Shown here piece by piece: positions 27,188 to 34,700 of a stretch of 64,000 nucleotides of DNA. The position numbers were made by a program, and so were the translations under genes. This stretch comes from a virus: positions 1 through 64,000 of the IMG/VR virus record IMGVR_UViG_3300040801_001492; one strand, written 5' to 3'. Each line of letters begins with the position of its first letter. Positions within the stretch are counted from its first letter, which is position 1. Under the pieces are notes generated by a model that saw nothing but the letters and a program-made list of their open reading frames with translations, was not told the origin of the DNA and did no database searches.

Positions 27188-27445
27188 TTATAACCAATTT
27201 ATACTTGTTTCTTTACTGTTACTATCTTCATAAATAAATACTCTATATCCATCTATTACAGCTGTAAGATAACTACGTACCTTATCTATAGTAGGTAACT
27301 TAGCTTTTACATTAAACGAATAAGTATCATTAAAAGATTCAAAGTCCTTCTTCAGCTGCTTATAGTCTTCTGACGTACAAATAACCATTACTGTATGGTT
27401 ACTCTTAGTATCTGTATGAATAAATTCTTTTATTTTATCTAACAT
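27188..27445 (-). CDS. Hypothetical protein
   Basis: ORF track; directly downstream of a promoter. Confidence 0.65.
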   Translation of the reverse strand: MLDKIKEFIHTDTKSNHTVMVICTSEDYKQLKKDFESFNDTYSFNVKAKLPTIDKVRSYLTAVIDGYRVFIYEDSNSKETSINWL

Positions 27446-27466
27446 ACTGTAAATCTTTAATTAATA

Positions 27467-27498
27467 CAAAGGTAAACATAATAATCGAGAAAACCAAA
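27467..27498 (-). promoter_or_regulatory. Bacteroidota-type promoter
   Basis: TTTG-N20-TACCTTTG with upstream A-tracts. Confidence 0.85.
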
Positions 27499-27527
27499 TT
27501 TTTTAACAACTTTTTTTAATTTTTTTA

Positions 27528-27560
27528 TAAAAAAGAACCCCAGGATCGTAACCCTGGGGT
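27528..27560 (-). terminator. Intrinsic terminator after tRNA-Gln
   Basis: ACCCCAGG-N8-CCTGGGGT-TCTTTTTT on the minus strand. Confidence 0.85.
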
Positions 27561-27592
27561 GGTCATAGACTACTAATCTATGAGGGGGTATG

Positions 27593-27663
27593 TTGCCTTA
27601 TCAGGATTCGAACCTAAAACTCCAGATTCAAAGTCTGGTGTGTTGCCATTACACTATAAGGCA
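27593..27663 (-). tRNA. tRNA-Gln(TTG)
   Basis: Acceptor TGCCTTA/TAAGGCA; anticodon arm CCAGA-CTTTGAA-TCTGG; GGTTCGAATCC. Confidence 0.92.
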
Positions 27664-27668
27664 GTTTG

Positions 27669-27736
27669 AGCCGGTGAGGAGAGTCGAACTCCTGTCACAT
27701 CCTTACAAGGGATGCTCTTAGACCATTTACACCGGC
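27669..27736 (-). tRNA. tRNA-Thr(TGT) with truncated or unpaired D-arm (68 nt)
   Basis: Acceptor GCCGGTG/CACCGGC; CATCC-CTTGTAA-GGATG; AGGAG-TTCGACT-CTCCT; only 13 nt in the D region. Confidence 0.75.
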
Positions 27737-27738
27737 AT

Positions 27739-27775
27739 AAAAAAAGTGGCCCCACCAGAACGGCAGTAGCCACTT
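27739..27775 (-). terminator. Intrinsic terminator closing the putative large ncRNA
   Basis: AAGTGGC...GCCAC-TTTTTTT. Confidence 0.8.
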
Positions 27776-28127
27776 GTATCTAAGGGGAAGGAATCAACAC
27801 AGTAATACCTTTTTATTATATTAATACTAATAATACTAATAACCTAATCTTTAATATATAATCTAATCCCTAGGACTCTCACCTAACCTACAGTTTTACA
27901 TCATGTTAGATTTTAGAATATCACTTGTCATAGTTAGTCTTTCACGCCCCTACCTTTCGGTACTTTTCGATTAGCTTTCCCTTAACGCTGTCCTTCGTAG
28001 TAATCCCTATAACTTGATCAATTCCTTTTGAGACTGAGAGGACTTTATCCCCTCATGCAGCCTGTCGCTACTTTTTGCATTGGTGCTACCAGGCGACTGT
28101 TATATTTAGACACTATAACTCTCAATT
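27739..28127 (-). ncRNA. Putative ~390-nt structured non-coding RNA of unknown family
   Basis: Own promoter and terminator, no convincing ORF, multiple nested helices, a GAAA tetraloop, a T-loop-like hairpin and long-range pairings. Confidence 0.7.
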
Positions 28128-28131
28128 TTCA

Positions 28132-28163
28132 CAAAGATAAAAATAATAATTGACATTTCCAAA
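28132..28163 (-). promoter_or_regulatory. Bacteroidota-type promoter for the ncRNA/tRNA island
   Basis: TTTG-N20-TATCTTTG with upstream A-tracts. Confidence 0.85.
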
Positions 28164-28213
28164 TTTTTTAGCAACTTTTTTATGTATAAAAATCTTAGGT
28201 TTCCCCAGAAAAT

Positions 28214-28933
28214 TTAAAATAACTGTCCCTGAGACTGTTGTGCCTGTATACGATCATTGCACTGCTTAGCATAATTAGCACTAATCTCACTTCCAACCCA
28301 GTTTCTATCTAAAATCATAGCTGCTAAAGCTGTTGTTCCACTACCCATAAACGGATCATACACCAATTCTCCTGCTCTACTAAAGTTCTTTACAAAGAAT
28401 CCAGGTATATTAAGTGGAAATATTGCTCCATGACCTTCTATCTTATTTCTAAGCTTAGTATTTTTACCTTCCCTAATAACATTACTCAAACTACCTCTTC
28501 TAAAATTACCTTTATCAAAATATCTCTTATCAGCCCCATTCTTAGCAAAAACTAATATAAATTCAAACTGACTATTCAATACCTTATCTGATATAGCAGG
28601 CTCAGCATGTATCTTATCCCATATAAGCACCTCCTTAAGGTTCTTACTAAAATACCCTATCAGCTTCCATAAAGCCTCCTTATTGCCTGATACCATCTGT
28701 ACATTATAAAATACATAGTTCTTAGTAACCCTCATCATCTCCTGTATAATATTCTTCTGCCAGACAAAATAATCATTCTGATCTAAACTATCCTTATATA
28801 CCCCATCATACTTATATATCCTATCTGTACTAAGATTATATGGCGGTGATGTAATAGTTATATCAACGAAATTATTACTCATCTTCTGCATAGTCTCCAT
28901 ACAGTCTTCTACATACAATTTATTAATCTCCAT
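28214..28933 (-). CDS. Orphan DNA methyltransferase, beta class (N4-C/N6-A)
   Basis: TSPPY catalytic motif precedes the DPFMGSGTT SAM-binding motif. Confidence 0.92.
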   Translation of the reverse strand: MEINKLYVEDCMETMQKMSNNFVDITITSPPYNLSTDRIYKYDGVYKDSLDQNDYFVWQKNIIQEMMRVTKNYVFYNVQMVSGNKEALWKLIGYFSKNLKEVLIWDKIHAEPAISDKVLNSQFEFILVFAKNGADKRYFDKGNFRRGSLSNVIREGKNTKLRNKIEGHGAIFPLNIPGFFVKNFSRAGELVYDPFMGSGTTALAAMILDRNWVGSEISANYAKQCNDRIQAQQSQGQLF

Positions 28934-29297
28934 CCCACTTAATTATCATATAATTACTATCACTCCAATACTTACTGGCATCTATATGCCATACATCCTT
29001 ATCCTCCTGCTCTAATGCATCCATAAAAGCTTTAATTAAATTATCTAAATCAGGCTTCTGATGGTGAGGCTTACCTAAAAATTCACTCCTCTTCTTCTTA
29101 CTCCAGCTCTTAGGCATAGATAAATAAAAATCTATCTTAAAATTCCTGGGTAGACTAAACTTAATTTCATTAGCTAATATATTTAATCCATCCTTATATA
29201 TATAATACCTCTCTACTACAGACCTACCCCTCCATCTATCACTCTGTGTCATCCTTGGCTTAGGTATAGGCTTAATATCAAACTTTACTTCCTTCAT
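28923..29297 (-). CDS. rusA: RusA-family Holliday junction resolvase
   Basis: PIPKPRMT, MPKSWSKKK and KPDLDNLIKAFMDAL..ED; start adjusted to MKEVKF. Confidence 0.88.
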   Translation of the reverse strand: MKEVKFDIKPIPKPRMTQSDRWRGRSVVERYYIYKDGLNILANEIKFSLPRNFKIDFYLSMPKSWSKKKRSEFLGKPHHQKPDLDNLIKAFMDALEQEDKDVWHIDASKYWSDSNYMIIKWDGD

Positions 29298-29589
29298 CTC
29301 CAAATCCTTTAGGTATAACACTAAACCCTTCCTCTGCCTTAACATCATCTACCTTGAAATATAAAGTACAATCATGCCACTTCATAACCTCAATAGTATC
29401 TATATCATACTCCATCTTACTACCATGTGACGGTACATAATAACCATTGATGTGACTTAAAAACTCCTCATACGCCCATGGTGTCATATATACATAATAA
29501 TCACAATGCCTAACATCATGCTTAAACTCAATATTAACTATCCTCTCCAAAAGAGCTTCCTCCAACTTCTTCATTATATTCTTAGCCAT
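29278..29589 (-). CDS. Hypothetical protein
   Basis: ORF track. Confidence 0.6.
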   Translation of the reverse strand: MAKNIMKKLEEALLERIVNIEFKHDVRHCDYYVYMTPWAYEEFLSHINGYYVPSHGSKMEYDIDTIEVMKWHDCTLYFKVDDVKAEEGFSVIPKGFGDEGSKV

Positions 29590-29600
29590 AATAATAATTT

Positions 29601-29756
29601 TTAATTAACCCCTACTTCCTGTATCAACTTTATCTTTACCTCCTCTATAACCGACCTGATAAATTCTCTGTAAGCATCATCACCTAACCAACCCCTCAGC
29701 TGTATTATAATATGTGAAAAATCCTTACCTTCCTCCTGTTTATTATATTCATCCAT
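29601..29756 (-). CDS. 51-aa hypothetical (not in ORF track)
   Basis: MDEYNKQEEGKDFSHIIIQLRGWLGDDAYREFIRSVIEEVKIKLIQEVGVN*; directly after a promoter. Confidence 0.6.
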   Translation of the reverse strand: MDEYNKQEEGKDFSHIIIQLRGWLGDDAYREFIRSVIEEVKIKLIQEVGVN

Positions 29757-29779
29757 ATATACAAATTTTAATTATACCC

Positions 29780-29811
29780 CAAAGATAAGTATAATTTTTG
29801 TAACCACCAAA
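29780..29811 (-). promoter_or_regulatory. Bacteroidota-type promoter
   Basis: TTTG-N20-TATCTTTG. Confidence 0.85.
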
Positions 29812-29848
29812 TATTTTGACACTTTTTTTCAAAAAAATAAGGAGAATT

Positions 29849-30055
29849 TTACTTCTCCTTAATCTTCTTACTACAATCAGCTATCTCATCATCCACCTCA
29901 AGTATTAAATCCTGTAAATACTTCTTGTACCTCTCTAACTTATCTACCCTCTCCTTTAGGTAGCTCTTCTTAGGTACCACATCGTGAGTATTTGGATTAT
30001 AAAAATACCTGTCTAGATTAGTAGCCCAATCACCAAAATGCCATATGCTCATCAT
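29849..30055 (-). CDS. Small coiled-coil hypothetical; first gene of the left arm
   Basis: ORF track. Confidence 0.6.
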   Translation of the reverse strand: MMSIWHFGDWATNLDRYFYNPNTHDVVPKKSYLKERVDKLERYKKYLQDLILEVDDEIADCSKKIKEK

Positions 30056-30214
30056 AATTACTATATTTTAAAGTTCAATAATAACTATCAAAATCTATAC
30101 CTCCTAAGAAGACAGACATGATGACACTCCTTTATATAAACACCCCGTACACTTTGTCATATATAAAACATACCCCCGGTACTTTCTGTCAGATAAAATT
30201 TATATATACTGTCA

Positions 30215-30348
30215 AGTGTGTAGGTCTTATACTATGTTTTTTTATTATGGTATTGACGAGTGTGTAGGTCTTGTTATTAAAATATACTTCGTAGTCGAGA
30301 GTATAGGTATAATGATAATTTTTTATACACTATAGAGTGTGTAGGTCT
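30215..30348. repeat. Four 13-bp direct repeats AGTGTGTAGGTCT at ~40-bp period
   Basis: Exact copies at 30215, 30259 and 30336; degenerate AGAGTATAGGTAT at 30298. Confidence 0.85.
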
Positions 30349-30454
30349 ATTCCTAAACACACCCACGCTTATTTTGAGATTGGGTTATGGCCCGCTTTGT
30401 TGGTGGTGTTGTAACTTATTATTTATTTATTAATTAAAATTTGGAGGATTTAAA

Positions 30455-30745
30455 ATGAATTTAACTAAATTTCAACCTGCTGAAGCAAGGAAAGCTCTTA
30501 AGCTTATCGAAATTGATGCTGATTGGACTGAAGGACAAAACCGTGGTATTGTCACTGTTCAGGAGTTTGTTGGTGGTGAGCCTGGTGTTAAAGCCAGATG
30601 TGAGTGTTTCTTTATGAATGAGCTTGGTGATCACCTGAAGGATGAGGATGGTAATCTTGAAGGACTCTATCTGAGTTCTAAGAAGGATTACTTGCTTAAG
30701 CCTGGTGGTTATGAAAGACCTGATGGACTTGGTGTTGTTGAGTAA
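30455..30745 (+). CDS. First gene of the right (early) arm; acidic 96-aa hypothetical
   Basis: GGAGG SD, strongly T-ending codons, followed by a 13-bp hairpin. Confidence 0.8.
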   Translation: MNLTKFQPAEARKALKLIEIDADWTEGQNRGIVTVQEFVGGEPGVKARCECFFMNELGDHLKDEDGNLEGLYLSSKKDYLLKPGGYERPDGLGVVE

Positions 30746-30750
30746 TCTTG

Positions 30751-31172
30751 TGTGGAGGGTAGCTTAGGCTACCTTCCATAACCTATCATAATAACCTATT
30801 AACATCTATTATACTTCTATGACATAGTTGTAGTTAGTTTCGATTTGTTTTCATAATTAAACTTTTTAGTGACATAATAAGTATTGGTTCTTTAATTACT
30901 GGTATAACTATCATAGTAGTAATAGATTGAAGAGATTGTCTTAGTTTTTCATAGTTAATAGGTTTTATGGTTTGGTTAAGCTGTTATGAGTGATACTAAT
31001 TGATGTAATTAACTGTTTATCAGAGTAGTTAATGGAGTATTGGCTTCATCCTTACTATTTCACATCTTTTATTTATCATTCATAACAGCTTTCATTTAAT
31101 AGTTATAACTAAAACTATACTTTTTATTCATGTTCGATATTGATTAATCAGGCTCGGAACCTGACTTGAATA
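30751..31172 (+). ncRNA. Tandem long G.U-containing hairpins (structured leader or ncRNA)
   Basis: Stems 30751-30780, 30779-30978, 30979-31090 and 31125-31172. Confidence 0.6.
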
Positions 31173-31650
31173 CTAATTTATAAACCTTAAAACTAAATGT
31201 TATGAGATGGTTATCTAAAGAATCTCCTAAAATAGGAGACACACGTATCAAGTCACATTTTCTTTGGTTACCTAAATGTGCTACAAATGTTAATGATAAA
31301 AAAGAATGGAGATGGTTTGAAGATGCTACATATGAACAAGAATATTGTGACGGTTGGGATGATATTAGTTGGTATAATACTATTTGGATAGATAAATCTA
31401 ATTTATAAACCTTAAAAACTATACATCATGACTTACACACAAACAATTTATTCAGCTCCTCGTAGGATATTTTCACATCGTGGTTTATCTCCTAAGGGTC
31501 ATAAACTATTGGTTACAGCTAGTAGTAAGAAAGAAAAGAAAGCTATATGGGATAAGTATGGTAAGAACTATTATAAAGATAATCCTCTTGCCAGACCGTT
31601 ACATCAGATTAAACATGATTAGTAATATGTAGCTTGCCGTGAGTATGATT

Positions 31651-31714
31651 AATAGTAAGTATTGTATAAGATGCTTATCAACAAGGTTGGTTCCCTTATA
31701 TGATGCTTACTATT
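31651..31714 (+). promoter_or_regulatory. 20-bp RNA stem in an intergenic leader (processing-site candidate)
   Basis: AATAGTAAGTATTGTATAAG / CTTATATGATGCTTACTATT; all three deviations are G.U pairs. The downstream gene probably starts at ATG 31751. Confidence 0.65.
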
Positions 31715-34700
31715 TTTGTTAGTATAAATATAACTAAAACTATAAATATTATGAAAAAGTATAAACCAGAGATTACAGTAGATAGAGAAACATCTACTGA
31801 ACCAGAAGATATTTTCTTTGCTGGTAATATAGTAGAATTTGTACCAGAAACGAAAACACAAAAACCATATATTGTAATGGTTGTAGAACACAGATTTATT
31901 GGGCGACCAATAGATAATAAACATTTTAAAGGTGTTATCCTTGATGAATCTGATAGTATTTATGTTACTCAAGGAGAATACAGTGAATCTTTTCATAAAG
32001 ATTCATTTAGACAATTTCATGGAACAATAACTATAAAAGTATAATTATGAAAAAGAAATTAAATTATAAACCAGGTTCAATAAGCTTTGCTGATGGATTC
32101 TTAGGAGCATCAGCTTTAGGAAGGCAAAAACATGAGGAACATACTATGGTATATGACCATAAGAAAGCTCTATCTATACTTGATAAGCTTGATAAGGATC
32201 ATATAATAAATGTAGAATGTGGTCTTGATGGTGATTGGGGTTGTAATTCTCAAACTATCTATGATAAAAAGGAGGGTTATGATAACGATATATGGTTTCA
32301 TGATGCTAGTACATGGGCTACTCCTATTATGATAGTAAATTATGATGATAGGCCAAGTGAGACTTATGAAGTATATAAAAAACTTAAAAATACATAGTTA
32401 TGAAAGATATTGATGATATTGCTGTTGAGATAGCAGCTGGATTAGTTACACATAAAGAAATGGTAAATATGATAGGTAATAACAATCATGTATTAGCTGA
32501 AAAAGCCTATGAAATAGCTGAAGCTTTAATAGAAGAAAGTAAAAGACATAAGAGTATTTTTAGTGAAAGTAAAACTAAAAAGATAACCAAACTGCCTTCA
32601 ATGGCTAGATGTATTAAAACAGGTTATGTTAAATATTTAACCTTAGATAGTTTGTATTCTGTCTATGGTTATTATAAGGATATAGACTCTTGGGATGATA
32701 ATCATAGAGGAGTTTTTGAGATAGAAGAAGCAGATCGTATTCTTATTTTAGATGATAATGGTCAACTTTTATATGCACCTATTCATTGGTTTGAATTTTA
32801 ACGTTATGAATGAACAATTTAACTTAGGAGATAAAGTATATTATAGTAAAAAGAGCTATGGTATACATACTGTTACTGATCATTTAATTAAACATATTAA
32901 TGATGAAGTAATAGAATACTATCAGCTAGATATAGGAGGTGATAGGTTTTGGGCTAAGACAGATAGAATTATTAAACTATAAAAACTAATTATTATGGAA
33001 TTAAAACTTATTTTGGCATTAATAGCCATAACACTTGGAATTATTACAATTATTTTAGCAATAGTTGATTATAAAAGAGATTTTGTTTGGACAGAAGAAT
33101 TTAATTTTATTGCCCTTCTTCTTGGTATACTTTCTATACTATCTATTGTTACTGCTGCTTTATATCTTTTTGATAAAGATTATTTAGTAGGAAGTATCTG
33201 GATATATAATACTTGTATGTTTACATATTCATTTTATAAAGCTTTAGAATTAAATAATTAATTATTATGAAAGATATAGTAAAATGTATTAATACTTTTG
33301 GTAAACATGATGATTTAACTATAAATAGATTCTATAAGGTAAATTATTATAGAACTCATAACGGAACAAAAACTTTAGCATTTAATATTGCTAAATTTGT
33401 AGACATTAAAGATGATTCAGGCTATGATGCACTGCACCCTATAGAAAAATTTGTTTTTCATAGTTGTAAATCAGATTATCAACCTGGTAACAGATATATA
33501 GGCGATTTGGATAATTTTACTAACAAATATACTTGGCAAGTTATACCTTTTAATGTTAAAGAAAAACCTAAGTTTAAAGTAGGTGATATTGTACAATACT
33601 GTACAAACAATGCAAAAGATAATTATTTAGTATTAGTTACTGGCTTTGCTGAATATTATGATAATCTGTTCGAAGGTGTATTACTTACTAAAGGAATAGG
33701 TGAACATCAGATTCCTGGATATTACAGTGGTAACTTTGGAATACAATGTTTTAAGAAATTTAAAGGAAAACTAATAATAGAACAATCATGAAAACTAATG
33801 TACATGCGTTTAAGAGACTTATTAAGCTTTATGAATCTATTTCTTATAAAAAGATAGAAGATAAGTTTAAGACAACTCCTTTTACAGAAGAAAATAGAGG
33901 TTTCTGCAAAACTAAAGGAGGATATATAGCTAACAACCTAACTGGTTTTGGACAAAGCCATCGATGTTTACTTTGTAAAGAATCTGATAAACTATATAAT
34001 GACTATCACATGTGTTTTACTTGTTTACATAGCATGATAAGGTGTAAAGAAGGATATCCGGATTATGAATCTCTAAAACTTAGTTGTTTAAGAAATAGTT
34101 TTGATGATTCTTATTATGATATTAGTAAATCTAAAACACCTAAAGAACTATATCTTGCCTTCAGGAGGAGAGCAAAGGATTTGAGAAAGATACTTGATGA
34201 ATTAGGCTATAAACAGCCTAAGTAAAAATATTTATTAACCTTAAAAAACTACATGCTATGAATGTCAATGAATTAAAAGTTATTATTAGCTATTCTATAC
34301 CTGGAGCTATAAGAAATAAAGGCAGGTATAATTATGTTGAGAAAACTAACCAAGGTAATCTATTGCCTGAGAAGAAAAGACTCAGAACACTCAGACCTGT
34401 TGAGTATCATAAGTGTACAAAGACTATTACTCTTGGTACTGAGTTTATTAAGCACGCTATCTCTAATGATAGCAGACCATCACGTAGAGATAATGACCAT
34501 GTTAATCTTTACTGGAAAACTATGTCATGGGAAGATAAGCTATATTATCATGTACATAAATATGTCATGGATATGTATGGTAGGCTTGAATCATATTCTT
34601 TAATATAATAACTAAAACAGTAAAATTATGTACCTTTTATTAGGAATACTAACAGCAATATGTATTGGAATACTTCTAATACTATGTACCCATAAGATAC

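Noticed and set aside
27560-27592. Theta (HDV-like) ribozyme at a tRNA 3' end
   Set aside because: The trailer of tRNA-Gln is a simple hairpin (TCATAGA/TCTATGA) plus a terminator; no nested double pseudoknot pattern is seen after any of the three tRNAs.
27739-28127. tmRNA, RNase P RNA or group I/II intron as the identity of the large ncRNA
   Set aside because: There are no tRNA-like ends or tag ORF, no GAGGAAAGUCC-type RNase P core and no interrupted host gene. Rejected by eye only; needs cmscan.
28214-29297. Restriction-modification pair
   Set aside because: The nuclease next to the methyltransferase has clear RusA motifs, so the methylase is an orphan.
30215-30348. Mini-CRISPR or TIGR-like guide array
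   Set aside because: The repeat is only 13 bp and non-palindromic, the period is irregular, spacers are low-complexity AT, and there is no Cas or Nop-domain gene in the window.
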